A DNA stretch of 36,455 nucleotides from Neovahlkampfia damariscottae (lineage: Eukaryota), in contig JABLTG010000180.1 of the NCBI GenBank assembly GCA_016618085.1, positions 1-36,455 of the forward strand, read 5' to 3'. The notes below the pieces were generated by a model. That model searched no databases. It had not been told where the DNA came from and worked only from the letters and a program-made list of their open reading frames with translations. A program made the position numbers and the translations under genes. Below, in pieces: positions 11,736 through 25,603 of this stretch (positions are counted from its first letter, which is position 1; each line of letters begins with the position of its first letter).

Positions 11736-12800
11736 TTATTGATCTTTTTCACCTGATTTATCAAACCATAAAACTAATGTACATCCACAAAAAATACCAC
11801 AAATCACATCTGCGGAATAATGTGATCTTGTAATCATGAAAACAAAAGTTTGAAAAATGTTAAAGTAAATTCCTATCCATCTTGAAATCATAGGAAAACC
11901 AATTTTTGATATTTCATTTGCACATATAATTGACACTTTTCAAAAATTTAAAAAAAAAAAAATTTACGTGCAACATGACCACTAAAAAAATAATCATTAA
12001 GGGTATCAGGAATTCCAGGGAAATGCCAAATAACTTCTGGATGATTAGGTAGTACAAATAACATCATTGAGGCCATTCTTATTGTGTACATTAAAGCCAC
12101 TTGATATCCTAAACCTAATCGTCCAAATAAAAAAACTCTAATGAAAATGAAAGCTATAATAAACATTATTATAATAGTTTGTATTCCAAATAATACAAAT
12201 CTTAACCAGTACATATCTTCAACTTTGATTATTTGATAGATTGGTGTGAACAGTTGAAAACCAACATCTCTAAAGTCTTTGTACCATCTTGAAGAGACAT
12301 ATTTTTCTCCAATGAATAGTAAAATATAAAACAGAGCAATGAATATTCTTTGAAAAAATGACCACCAAAAATTATCTGTCTTGAACATTTCATCCAGTGA
12401 ATTTGATGGACCTTTAAAAAATTAAAAATTGTTTTTATCTTTTACATTCTATTTTTAGTGGCAATTGTTGATTTTGGAGCAAAAATTTTTGTAAGTCATT
12501 GTTGTTTTCTAATAAAATCCAGTCGTTTTCGTTGTCTCTATAAAATAGTTTGGAATTTGACTTGTTGTAAGTATTTTCATTCAAGAAGCTTGTAATGTAA
12601 TTTTTGAATTGAAAAAAGTCGAAAATTGTATTCATTTCAATCAAACGTATTTCGTTTTTTGGATAAAAGACCTTTCTTGAAAATTTTGGTGTCAAATTTT
12701 GAGAAGGAATTGGTATTGTGTTATTAACTATTTCTTCTCCAGATTCTATGTAGTAAATAGTTGGATAAGTTTCAGGGTTGAACTGTTCTTGTTGGTTCAT
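11736..12800 (-). CDS. Sphingomyelin/IPC-synthase-like (PAP2_C) protein with N-terminal PB1 domain
   Basis: Catalytic motifs DYFFSGH and RSHYSADV. The upstream exon has a PB1 OPCA-like motif YRDNENDWILLENNNDL and joins in frame through intron 12412-12445. Confidence 0.75.
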
Positions 12801-13128
12801 GTCAAAAAAAAATGAAATGAAATTCATTGGTCAACGAAAAAAAGAATTAATAATAGATTTATTTTGATTTTAGAGGAGAATTTTGTGCAATACAAAAAAT
12901 GGTTCCAAAAAGTTTCCAAAAGGAAAGAAACCTTTTCATTGGATAAAATATTCTTTTTTGAATTTTATTTATTTTTTTTATTTTCTGAACAATATACTTA
13001 CATTGAAGTCATGTTCTAAAAAAAGCTCAAATTTGAAGGATTCATTAGTTTTTCCGATATAAATACGAATCTGATTGGATAGGAGATTATTCACAAGTTG
13101 AACATTTCGCCACACAAACAAAGAGAAT

Positions 13129-15606
13129 ATGAGAAATCGTACTGTGATGCCGAGCGTCAGTAGCTCTAAAGACTTGGATAAAGATCCACAAGAACCAAGA
13201 GTGTTCTTTATTCATAGATTATGGCTTTTATTTGGCTTTGAATGGTTTTGGATTGCTTTCGGAGCATTTTTTGGAATTTTAAATGGTTGTACACCTATTA
13301 TGTTTTACTTTGTACTTGGAGGTTTGTTAGATATTCTTGTACCAAAACGTGGTTTTGCTCGTAAATTCATTTTTTTTTTTGTATTTTGACATTTTTTAAT
13401 AGCAATTACTCCTGAACAAATCGGAGATTCAATTCAAAGACAAGTTATATATTTAGCTTTAGTTGCTGTGTCTTCAGGTCTTTCAAATGGAATGTCACAA
13501 TTTTGTAATAGTATTACTGCTCAAAGAGTTGGTACAAAAATAAAACAACAATACTTCAAAAAATTGTTAAGACAAGAAGTAGGATTTTATGATTTACGTC
13601 AAACTGGATTTTTCTTAAACAATATGACTGAAGATGTACAATTAATTCAACAAACTTATGGTGAAAGATTAACTTTATTTTTCCAATATATTTCACAAGC
13701 TTTATTGGGTATAATTTTAGCTTTTACAACATCTTGGAGAATGACTTTAATGATTTCAATTGCTGCTCCTATTATTATGATTTTATTAGGAGGTAGTGGT
13801 CCAATTGTAGGTATTTTTACAAAAAAAACACAACAAGCTGGTTCTGATGCAAATACTGTTGCTACTGAAATTGTTCAAGCAATGAGAACAGTTAGATCCA
13901 TGTCAGGTGAAGTCAAAGAAATCAAAAGATACAGAAGTTCTTTGGGTGCTGTTAATTTTGTTGGTATTTTTAGAGCTTTTGGTGTTGCTCTTGCAACAGG
14001 TTTGGCATTTGGTGCTATTTGGGGTTGTGCTGCTCTTTCATTTTTCTATGGAGGACATTTAATCAATTGGAATTTATTAACAGTCGGTCAACTTTTTCAA
14101 ATTTTCGGAAACATGTTATTTGCTGTAATTGGATTAGGTTTTTCACTTTCACAAGTTCCACCTATGCTAAAAGCATTTGAAATCTCAAAACTCATTTTAA
14201 AAGTTTTGGACAGAGTTCCTGCAATTAGACCAGTTGGTGGTAAAAAAATTGAAGGAGGATTAAAAGGTGATATTGAAATCAAAAATGTCAATTTTACCTA
14301 TCCAACAAGATTAGAACAACAAATTTTATTTGATTTTACTTTATCAATCAAAAGTGGACAAACAGCTGCATTAGTAGGTCAATCCGGATCTGGAAAGAGT
14401 ACAATCATGGGATTATTAGAAAGATTTTATGAACAACAATCTGGTGATATCACTATTGATGGTGTGAATATTAAAGAACTTGATCCTGTTTGGTTACATA
14501 AAGAAATTGGAATTGTTACTCAAGAACCAACTTTATTTGCTGCAACTATCAGTGAAAATATAATTTATGGTGTTGATCCATCAAAAGTTACAGGAGAAGA
14601 AATTATTGCTGCTGCTAAAGCTGCAAATTGTCATAATTTTATTGTTAATGAACTTCCACATGGTTATAATACAATGGTTGGTGAACGTGGTGCTTCTTTA
14701 TCAGGAGGTCAAAAACAACGTGTTGCTATTGCTAGAGCTATGTTACAAAACCCAAAAATTTTATTATTAGATGAAGCTACTTCAGCACTTGATACAGAAT
14801 CAGAACATTTAGTTCAAGAAGCATTAGAGAGATTGATGGTTGGAAAAACATCGATTGTTATTGCTCATAGATTATCAACAATTAAAAATGCAGATGTCAT
14901 TTTTGTTGTTAAAAAAGGAGTGGTGGTTGAACAAGGAACACATCAAGAATTATTAAAAATTCCAAATGGAGCATATTCTGCATTGGCAAATCGTCAAATG
15001 CAATTTGGTCAAATTAAAGAAGGATCGGAAAAATATGCATCATTTGATTTAGAAGAATTAGAATTATCATTAAAAGATCAAATTTTAGGAATTTCAAAAT
15101 CAATAAAAGAAGAAGAAACTGTATCAGAAGAAAATCAAGTGATTTTAATGGATTTAATCAAAGAAACTTATGGTTATTTAAATGAACATGAAAATCTTAC
15201 AAAAACAGAAATCGCTGAAAAATGTAGAGTTTTGGAGGAAAAAATCAATGAAACAATTAAAGTTAAAAGAAAATCAGAATCAAAACAACCTGAATTAGTT
15301 TCAGGAGATATTGAATTAAATGATGTTGAATTGAATCAAACTATTGAAATCCCAAAAGAAGAAAAATCAGAAGAAAAAAATGATATTGTAGATTCAGAAA
15401 CACTTATAAATCAAGTTAATCAAGAACAAGAAGAACAAAATAAACTAACAATTGATGTAACAAACAATGAAAGTGTAACTCCAAATTCTGGAAGTTCAAA
15501 AGATGGCAGTCCAAAAGATGAAGATGAAACAACTACTCCACTTTTGAATAAACAAGATGATCAAGATGTATTGAAAATTGAAGAAACAAATGAAAATGTT
15601 GAATAA
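13129..15606 (+). CDS. ABCB-family half transporter (TMD-NBD) with acidic C-terminal extension
   Basis: Walker A GQSGSGKST, Q-loop QEPTLF, signature LSGGQKQRVAIARA, Walker B LLLDEATSALD and IAHRLST. One intron ~13350-13401. Confidence 0.93.
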
Positions 15607-15616
15607 AAAAAATTTA

Positions 15617-15987
15617 TTATTTTAAGTTTGCAATTTTATTTTTAATATCGATAAATGATGAATCATGATTTTTAATAGCGTTTTGAGCTAATTCAAGAGG
15701 TGTCTGATGCTTTGTTAATTTTTTTATCTTTTACCATATTTTGTCCATTTTTAACTGACCAGTCAAATTTTTTTTTTGTTAATTCATCAACCCAATCAAT
15801 TCTTTTGTAAGCTACAATCCAATGTCCTAAACTATCAAATTTAAATATTTCCTTGTTTTTACGAATTTTTGTTGTGATCAACTTCATTAATATCTTCAAT
15901 ATCATTAATAGCGTTCATAAATTTTCCATAGTGACCATCATTGATAGCTTGATTTGCTTTACCGTAATCCATTGATGCTTTTGACAT
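15617..15987 (-). CDS. Small ankyrin-repeat protein (2 introns)
   Basis: Manual splice gives MSKASMDYGKANQAINDGHYGKFMNAINDIEDINEVDHNKNSLGHWIVAYKRIDWVDELTKKKFDWSVKNGQNM|TPLELAQNAIK..., an ankyrin-like pattern. Confidence 0.6.
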
Positions 15988-16082
15988 GACTTTACCGTTT
16001 TGTATTTTTTTGTTGTGATGATTTCATTGGTTCATTACTTAAATAATTTCTATTGGTTAACTTTCCTTGCATAAAAATTAGC

Positions 16083-16394
16083 ATGAAGATTAAATTAGAG
16101 TTTTCTGGTGGATTAGAAATTCTGTTTGGAAAATCAGAATTAGAAATGGAATTGAAAGATAAAATGAAACTCCAAGAGTTGATTTTAATTTTAAAAGAAA
16201 AAATACAAAGACCTGAGTTATTTGTAGATGATGACGCAGTGTAATATTTTTTTTACCATTAAAATTATAAAAAAAGGCGACCTGGAATCTTAGTTTTGAT
16301 TAACGACACAGATTATGAATTATTGAATGAACTAGAATACGAAATCCAAGATAAAGACTTTATAGTTTTTATCAGTACTCTTCATGGTGGTTAA
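16083..16394 (+). CDS. URM1: Ubiquitin-related modifier 1
   Basis: [33 protein letters not shown] and C-terminal FISTLHGG*; one intron. Confidence 0.95.
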
Positions 16395-16483
16395 AAGAAT
16401 GATTATTTTGAGAAAATAAAAATTTTCCATTTTCCATTAAAACTACTTTATTTTTTATTGGTCCACAAAAAAACCCACAAAAA

Positions 16484-18839
16484 ATGGAAACAACAGAAGA
16501 AGACATGTACATCATAAAATTCAAAATTTAAATTTCTTTAGTGATAAAGATTCAGTTTTAAAAATACTGGTGGCTACAGACAACCATTTAGGTTTTTTAG
16601 AAAAAGATCAAATTAGAAAGCACGATAGTTTTATAACGGTGGAAGAAATCTTATCTATTGCTAAAGAAAAAGAAGCTGATTTTGTACTTTTAGGAGGAGA
16701 CTTATTCCATGACAATAAACCATCTCGTGATACTTTACATCGCACAATTGAATTATTAAGAAAATATTGTTTAGGTTCAAATCCAGTTCCTTTGAAAATA
16801 CATTCAGAACAAAAAATGAATTTCAAAAATGCGTAAATTATTTTTTTTTTAAAAAATGACTTAATTCATTAGATTTGGAACGGTAAATTATGAAGACCCA
16901 AATTTCAACGTTGAACTTCCAATTTTTGTGATTCATGGAAATCATGATGACCCAACAGGTGCAGGTGGACTTTCTGCTCTTGACCTTCTTTCAGTTTCAA
17001 ATTTCGTTAATTATTTTGGAAAATCAGATAATATTGATGATATTCATGTCAGACCTATTTTAATCAGTAAAGGAGATACAAAAGTTTATATTTTATTCAA
17101 ATTCTAAATATTAAAAGTTGGCATTATATGGTCTTGGAAATATTCGTGATGAAAGATTATACAGAACATTTGAACAAAAAAAAGTTAAATTTTACAGACC
17201 AAAAGAATCAACTGATGACTGGTTTAATATATTCGTTTTACATCAAAATAGAAATCAACATCACACTTCAAAAACATCAATTTCTGAAGCAATGTTACGT
17301 GGATTTTTTAATGTTGTTGTTTGGGGTTTTATTTTTTATTTTTAAATTATAGGTCATGAACATGAACAATTAGTCAAACCAACAAAATCTGCAGAAGGTA
17401 ATTTTGATTTGATGCAACCTGGTTCTTCAATTATTACAGATTTAAATCCAAGTGAAGAAAAACAAAAAAAAGTTGCACTACTTGAAATTCATAAAGATCA
17501 ATATAAATGTACTCCTATAAAGCTTAAAACTGTTAGACCTTTAGTTATGGGTAATGTTGTTTTGGATGATGATACAGATATTGATAAAAATAATCCTGAT
17601 GAAATTTTAAATTATTTAGCTGGTAAAGTGGATGAACTCATTCAAAAAGCACAAGAAAAATTACCACCAAAAGAAATTTTGAAGAAATATCCAACTTTAA
17701 AATTACCATTGATCAGATTAAAAGTTGAATATTCACAAGGATGGGCTTCCATTAATCCACAAAGATTTGGTCAAAGATTTGTTGATAAATGTGCAAATCC
17801 TGCTTCTATTTTATTATTATCAAGAGCTAAAGGAGCTCCAAAAAAGAGAAATAAAAACGTTAGTGAAACTGTAGACATAGATATGGACGAATTCATTCAA
17901 GAAAAGTCTGGATCTGTTGTTACAATTGATGATTTTATTGCAGAGTACATTCAAAGTGATCAAAAATTGAGTATTTTAAACTCAAAAGGATTACAAAATT
18001 CAATTCTAAATTTTGTTGATAAAGAAGAAAAGGATGCTATTGGTGATTATGTAAAATCACATTTATATCAAGTTTGGAATGGTCTTTGGAAAGATGCTAA
18101 AGAATTGAAGGAATTAACACCTGATGATGTTGTTCATTTGGTTGAATCAATGCAACCACCACCTGAAGAAGAGGAAGAAAAATCAAAAAAAAAACAAAAA
18201 AAAAGAAAAAGAGTTGAAGAAGATGAAGAACAAATTCCAGACTTTGAAGAAAAGAAAAAAACAAAAAAGAAAAAGAAAGTAATATCCAGTGATGAAGAAG
18301 ATGAACCTCCACCAAAGAAAAAAACTAAAAAACCAACAACCAGAGGAAGAGGAAAAGCAAAAGTTGTCATTGAATCAGATTCTGATGATATTGTATTATC
18401 AGAAGAAGAAGAAGAAGAAGTAGTTCAACCAAAATCAAAAAGACAAAGAAAAAAAAATGTTGTTGATTCAGAAGAAGATGATATTTCTTTTTCAGAAGAT
18501 GAACCTCCAAAAAAGAAAACAACAATAACAAAAACAAGAAAAAAACCAGCATTTAAATTCACAAAACTTTCAGATGATGATGATGATGATGTACCAGTTA
18601 AAACTGCTCCAAAAACAAGAGGGAGATCAAAAGCAACTACTACTTCAAAGAAACCACTTCAACTTTCATCTAAAAAGAATGATGAAATGAAAATTGAATT
18701 AGATTCTGAAGGATCTGAAAATGAAAAAGAAAAAAATGTTGTTGTAGAAATTGATTCAGATGATGAAGATATTCGAAAACAAACATCAACTTCAATTATT
18801 AAACCAGGAAAATTCAAATCTTTAAAGAAGAAAAAATAA
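16484..18839 (+). CDS. MRE11: Double-strand break repair nuclease MRE11
   Basis: [53 protein letters not shown] and LPLIRLKV motifs; four introns; low-complexity K/E/D tail. Confidence 0.96.
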
Positions 18840-18887
18840 ATTTTGAGTGTTAAATTCATCCATTGAATGCTCCAATCAATTTTCTTT

Positions 18888-19861
18888 ATGCTTTTAAAAA
18901 AAGTGAACAAAGTTATACCAAAATTGAGACCTGAGTATTACAAAGGACAAGCAGGAAGAATATGTATTATAGGTGGCTGTGATATTTATACAGGAGCACC
19001 TTATTATTCAGGTATAAGCTGTCTAAAAGCAGTAAACATAAGTTCATTTTTTTTAAAAATTATGGAAGGGTGCAGATCTCTCTTTTGTAATGTAATTTTA
19101 CTTTCAATTTATGTTATTGAAATAGATGCTCAAAATCAGCGACTTTAATGAAAACTTATTCTCCTGAATTGATAGTTCTTCCAATTTTACCTGAAACAGG
19201 TGATAAAACAACACCAGAAGAAGTAATACAAATGATAAAAGATAAAGGATATTTTGAAAGAATTCACTGTTTTGTTATTGGACCAGGTCTTGGAAGAGAT
19301 CCAATAACTTTTGAAACAATTGAAAAAATAATTGAAACTTTGATCAAAAATGAAAAAAATTTTGTTTTAGATGGAGATGCATTATTTTTATTAACACAAA
19401 AACCAAATTTAATCAAGGGATATAAAAAAGTTATTTTAACACCAAACATTATTGAATTTTCAAGACTGGAAAAAAAATTATTGACCAATGAAGAGATGGC
19501 ACTGGAAAATAAAGAAAAATTGAATTTGATTTCTTCAAAATTGGGAAATGTTTTGATTGTTCAAAAAGGAAAAATTGATTTGATTTCAAATGGCAAAGAT
19601 GAAATTTTGGAATGTAATCAAGAAGGAAGTAACAGACGTTGTGGAGGTCAAGGTGATATTTTAGCTGGAAATATTGGTTTATTTGTTCATTGGAATGAAT
19701 GGATGAAATCAGATGATTTGAAATTAGCATGTTTTTCTGCTTGCTCTTTAACTAGACATGCTGCTAAATTGGCTTATGTAGAACACAAGAGAGGAACAAC
19801 AACACCTGAAATCATTGCAAAAATACCAAAAGCATTTGAGGAATTATTTGATGAAGAATAA
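18888..19861 (+). CDS. NAXD: ATP-dependent (S)-NAD(P)H-hydrate dehydratase
   Basis: KGQAGRICIIGG..YTGAPYY, GADLS, YSPELIV, VIGPGLGR, LTPNIIEF and RRCGGQGDIL. Start placed at 18888 because a CCAAT box lies at 18872. Confidence 0.92.
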
Positions 19862-19867
19862 AATCTA

Positions 19868-22298
19868 TTAACTTTGACCAATAGGTAATCTTTTATCAAC
19901 ATGTCCAATCATCTTCATAATTTTGATGAAGTTTGTTCAGGGAATTGTTTAATTTTCACTTTGAAAATTTCAAATTCCAAGTCAAAAGGAAAATTCTTTG
20001 ATTCTTTTTTGACTTTTTTCATCATGGATTTTTCTTGATATTTCAGATTCAAAACAAAATCAAAAAAATTTTCATCTAAAAACATTGGATTCAATGATTT
20101 TTCGAAAAAAGAAAATTCAATTAAATTCAAATTGAAATCAAATATTTCATGGTTAAAGAATACTGGGATTTTGAAAATTTCTCCTTTTTTTAATAAACCC
20201 ATTTCAAATCTTGCCAAAGGATTATAAGCAATTTTTGATGATTTTTCTAATTTGATTTTTGAGATTTTGAGATTCTCAATTTTTTCAATTGAATACCATA
20301 TATAGTCCAACATTCCATCATAAAACGAATAGTTATTCTTTTTTTCTTTTAATTTCAATTTTGAAGCCAATTTAGTTATTTTTCCAATTAATTGTTCACT
20401 GTTTTTTTCTTTGAAGCAAATAATCAAAATTTGAATTAAAATCAACAGAAAGATTTGATCAACATTCTAAAAAGTATTATTCACTTAAAAAATTGATTAC
20501 CAAAAAATCTTCAAGTTTCAAAAAGACTTCTAAACATTTCAATTTTTGTGAATGAGTCAAAGTGACATAAAAAAAGTGTAAATAATGATAAACCTATTTA
20601 TGTAATTAATACAATATTTTTTAACCTCTATTGGGTTTTTATTCATTTGAAATATTTTCTTCTTGAAAAATAAACCAACCAAAAAATAACTTCCAGAAAC
20701 ATCACGAATCTCCATCAATTCTGAGAAAAATTGTTCAACATTTGGGACTTCAAATTCATCAATTAATATCAAAAATTTAGCTTCATTGTTTCCCAACTGG
20801 CTAGAATGTTTCCAATGCTCAAATATTTCATCATTTGATAACAAATCATCAAAAGTGGAAATCAAAAAATGTAGTTCACTTTTTAAAGCCAAATGGTCTT
20901 TTCCAGATATTTCAATGGTATTCATTTTCTCCAGAAGTTGATTTAATTGATTAAATTGATCTTCTTTTGTGAGTGTTTCACTGTTGATTTTTCGAAACTG
21001 ATAATAAAAGTTTGATTGATCAATTTGATCAATTTTTTGTGATTCTTCCTCATAAAAAGATGGATTAATTGATTTTAGATCTATCAAAGCATTTAAATAA
21101 AAATTTGATTTTTTGTTTGACAACACTAGTTCTTCCAGATATTTCATTCGTTTCTCACTGGATTTTATCAATAAAGAACAGCAATAGAGCAAGTAATCTT
21201 TTGATGAAGATATCAAAAAATCGGAAATGTTGATGATAGTATCATCAGATTCTTTAAATTTGAAGTCTTTCAGTCGAAAGAGTAAAATATTTTTTAGTTC
21301 TTCGTCAAACCCTTCATTTTCTGTATCAGATTCCGTTGAATAATCTTCACTGTTGCTACTACTTGATTCATATTCATTTTTATTCGATTCTGATGAAGTT
21401 TTGTTGTGTTGAATTTTTGATTGATTTTCTTCTTCATCTTCTTCGCTTGATTCATCTTCTTCAGATGATTCGTCATCAGAAATTTCTTCATTTGATTTAT
21501 TTTTATTCTCTGGTTTCTTTTTTTCTTCAGATGATTCATTTTCTTCTTCAGAGGAATCATCATTTGAACTTGTTGTAGATTCATCTTCTTCAACATGTGT
21601 TTCATTCAAATATTCAAATTTATAAATTTTCAAAAGTAATAATTCTAATAATTCAATAAAAAAATTCAATATAAATTCATCAGTTTCATAGATTCTCTTA
21701 GAAAGAGTATAGAAATCACCTTTAACAAAATCATTGAATATTAACCAAAAAGTAGCTTTTGAATAATGTCTTTTTGACAAAAATTCCAAAGATTCGTTTA
21801 ATTTTCTTTCATTATTTTCGTATTTCAACATAAAAAATATTGAATCAAGGTCACCAAGTTCAACACCTTTTTCAATAAATTTTTCATTTTTATCCAAGAT
21901 TCCAATTTGATAAAAGGACTCAGGTAAATTATTTTTTATAGCCAATTCAAGGTATTCTCTTGACTTTTCAATGTTTTTTTCACTTCCAATTCCTGAATTT
22001 TCAATTAGAATAATTTGTTTGTACCATTTTGATACATTTTGGAAAGTTCCAAATAGGATGGAGGAAATTGTTTTTTTGAAGCTAAAGTGAACCATTTGAA
22101 TGAATTTTTTGGATCTTTTTCTTTCAAATAATTTCCAATAAAGTGACACTGTTTTCCTGTTAATATTTTTGTTGAAAATTGTTGTTCAAACACAAATTTT
22201 TCTTTTTTTTTATATTTGAAACCCAGTTGATCTAATGACTCAAGGACTTTTGATTTAACTATTTGTTTTGACTTACGTTTTGCGTTTTCGAGATTCAT
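19868..22298 (-). CDS. SEL1/TPR-like repeat protein with central acidic Ser/Glu tract (multi-exon; 3' structure uncertain)
   Basis: SFKWFTLASKKQFPPSYLELSKMYQNG|IGSEKNIEKSREYLELA and HWKHSSQLGNNEA are SEL1-like. The ORF pieces are co-oriented and separated by short gaps. Confidence 0.6.
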
Positions 22299-22437
22299 CA
22301 ATTCTATTGGACAAAAAAAAATGGCTGTTCTACAACCATGAACAAGTAAAAATTAGAATTTTAATTGCACTCATTTTTTAATTTTGTAGTTCATTTTAAT
22401 GGTTGATCTGAAAATGACCAATCATTTCTACTCAAAC

Positions 22438-23066
22438 ATGATCAAACTAAGTGGAATAAAATGGACGTGTCAAAATTCAAAACCTAAACCAAAATCTATT
22501 AAGCTTTTCAATGTTGATCATACTGAATTCTTATCAGACAAATTGTTCAAAAAACATAGGACAACAATCATATTCGGGTAAAAACAAAAATTGATTTCAT
22601 ACCTATCTAAGTACTCCTTCTCCATTCACATCAGCAACAACAATGAAAGAACATGTAAAACTTGAAGTTTCATTCATCAATTTAGATCCCAGAAATACTT
22701 AAATGGTCACATCATTTATATTCAAAAGCTGATTTGGTTGCAGTGATATCAGTTTCAGATCCATTTGTCATGAAATACTGGTCGGATTTGTTCAAGGGAA
22801 AAATGAAAAGATTCAATTCTGAACCTCATGCCCCAATCCATATTTTATGTGATCCAATTTCCGAATTCACAAATCACTTAGGGCTAGGTGATGATAGAAC
22901 TGAAGAAGGATTAGGTATCAATTCAAAAAGGTACAGTGCTATTATAAAAAATGGTGAGATTGTAAAATTGAATATTGAAAAACATCGAGATGATTTTCGT
23001 TTATCTGGTCCAAATAGAATCTTAGATCAAATTGAAAATATGAAAGTAAGATCTTATGAATACTAA
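22438..23066 (+). CDS. Type II (PRX5-like) peroxiredoxin/redoxin homologue lacking the peroxidatic Cys
   Basis: Introns 22578-22611 and 22655-22685. Spliced FGTPSPFTSATTMKEHIP, plus SVSDPFVMKYW, EFTNHLGL and GLGINSKRYSAIIKNG. Confidence 0.78.
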
Positions 23067-23091
23067 ATCAATAAAAACACTTACTTTTATT

Positions 23092-25282
23092 TTACATCTT
23101 TGAGTGAAGAGATGTGATAGAATTTGGTTTAATTGGTGTTCTCAATAATTTCCAATAAGAAGCTCTTTCAAATGATCCTTTTGATGTTTTTGCAAAATTC
23201 ATCAAATGTTTGTATGCCATTCCATCACTTCTTCCTAATGCTGACCAAAAAATTTCATCAGGTGGTGAAATAGCATCAATAATCGAAATACTTTCATTTT
23301 TTAAAACATTTGATAATCTCAAAGCTTCATTTTTTATCCATCTACTTTGTTTTGGAGAAATGAATTCACCTTCTAAAAATGGAGCAATATCATTGGCAAT
23401 GAATGAAATTGAATTTAATTTTAAGAATAAATTCAAAATATTTTGTAAATCTCTTGGTGCTTTTTCAATAGTATCTTTGGCAATTTCAAACATTGCAACT
23501 TCGAAATATGCTTTCACTGAATCTGCTAAATAAAATACTTGTGTATTGTTAAAAGCGTTCCAAGTGGATTCAGATTTTGAATTTTTCATTAATTTTTTTG
23601 CACTTTCGGCTAAAAGATAACAGGATTTCCATTTTAAACATTTCTCACAAAAATCGATCAAATTTTTCTCTTCAATATCTACTGATTGATTGTCCAACAT
23701 GTTTGATTGCAAAATGTTCATTATATCATTCAAGTACTCAATTGTATGTAATTTTGATTTCAATTTTTTCCCTCCTTGTACTTTTTGAACACATTTTAAA
23801 AGAAATTTAGCTGTTTGTTGAATAAGAACATTATTTTCTCCTTCATAAGTTAAAGATGGTTCTGTGTCGTTCTTTAAAATCGTTAATCTTGAATAACTTG
23901 AAAATCCATGACCACCACAACATTCTCGAGATGTTTGCATAACATCTCTACAAAACCAAGTTGAAACTGCTTTTGCAATGCAAGATAATGCATGTAGTTC
24001 ACCATCCATTTCACCAGTTCCAAATTGTTCAGTTTGCCAAACATTGTACATTCTTAGAATGAAGAATCTGGAAAGAAATGGTAATAATCTATACTGTTGC
24101 AATTGATATTCAATGACTAAGGTTCAGATGAAAAGAAATTCATACCTGAAACTTCTTTTGGTTCTCCGAATTGTTTTCGAACAGCAGAATATCTGATGGC
24201 AATACATAGCGCTAATTTTGCTTTTATTATCATTGTATATGCAATTCCAACCCTTCCACCTTTTTTTTTTGAGTTTTTTTTTGAGTTTTACCACTCAAAG
24301 CACTTAACATTTTTCCAAATAGTTCTTTTGGATTATTCATTTGAATTGAATATTTTCCTTCTTTTGAAACATGCTGATAACGGTTTAACATTGATTTTCT
24401 AGGAATTCTGTAATTATCGAACATACAAAATCCATTGTCCATTCCTTCCCAAATCATGTTATTTTTTAATCCAAAATCACCCACAGTCACACCTAGTATT
24501 GATTTAAATTATTATTTTCAATTATAACCTGGCATTGGTAAATGAGTTTTTGTATTTCTTATTTGAGTTACAAACCAATGAATTCCAAAATGTTTTTGAT
24601 CAATGAATAACTGAGCAGCTATTACGGCATGAGTACAATGTTTTCCTAGACCTCCTACCCAACATTTTGCCGCTTCTTCATCAGGTGTGTGTAAAATAAA
24701 TTCTTCTGTTTTTGACGAATAAGTTGCAGTTGTTCTGATTTCTTTTGTATTCGTTCCATGACTCAATTCTGTCAATGCAAAGCATCCAAAATAGTTCAAA
24801 TTTTTAATATTTTCAGAATCTGGAAAATAATCGGAATGGTATTCCTCAGTTCCTTTTAAACGTTGAATGTCATTTTTTTACATTTTTTTTACCTAAATTT
24901 TTGCATGCATTTGCAAACATTTGATGAAGACTGAAAGCTTGGCCACCAAAAACACCTTGGATGATTTTTATTTTTTTTGAATGTTACCTCCTTCAACTAG
25001 TGTTTCTTTGAAAATGTTCTCTTTCTTTTTGTCGCCTCCAAATATTTTTTGATGATCAATGGATGCTATTTTCCTGATTTGTAAATATGAGTACTCTCGA
25101 AGTTCTTCTTTGGTCAGTTCTGATGTAAGAGGATAGTGAAATGTTGGTTGAGATTGCAGAAAATCATAAGCTTGGTTCAAGAATTCCAGGTCATCTGTAT
25201 TGTAGTAAAACTTTTTGAGTTTCTCAACATCAACTGTTGAAAGTTTTCTGTAGTCATCCAAAAAGTTTGTGTGGGACGACAT
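23092..25282 (-). CDS. Peroxisomal acyl-CoA oxidase (ACOX3-like)
   Basis: [40 protein letters not shown] and [10 protein letters not shown]-terminal SKM is PTS1-like; several introns. Confidence 0.93.
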
Positions 25283-25479
25283 GACGACGTATTGAAAAAC
25301 AAAAATAAACCAATGAACTCTCTGCAACTATTGGAATTCTGCAAAATCAGTGTTGTCAAAAAATAACTTGCAGATCATTTCAGTTCATAGAGTTGTCATG
25401 TTGAAGTGGAAATTATTTTGATCCACAACACGATGCTCTACATTAATGTATTATAAAATAATGCTTTATTATCAGAAAA

Positions 25480-25553
25480 GTCGATGTGGCTCAATTGGTT
25501 AGAGCACCCGCCTACGGAGCGGGAGGTTGTGGGTTCGAGTCCCACCTTCGATA
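25480..25553 (+). tRNA. tRNA-Arg(ACG)
   Basis: Cloverleaf: GTCGATG/CTTCGAT acceptor (one T-T mismatch), GCTC/GAGC D-stem, CCCGC-CTACGGA-GCGGG anticodon arm, GTGGG-TTCGAGT-CCCAC T-arm. Poly-T terminator from 25561. Confidence 0.95.
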
Positions 25554-25603
25554 GAAATAATTTTTGATTTTTTTGAAATAAAAAAAAATCTCCTTGTTTA
25601 TGG

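Noticed and set aside
18097..18910. Antisense ORFs and GAA/GAT runs over the MRE11 tail (also similar ORFs over the SEL1, ABCB, ACOX and MIOS genes)
   Set aside because: Shadow frames of low-complexity or AT-biased coding sequence; they are not independent genes or satellites.
25480..25553. tRNA as a pseudogene or as an attL/attR site
   Set aside because: Only one acceptor-stem mismatch, with intact A/B boxes and terminator; no duplicated tRNA fragment at the far end of the element.
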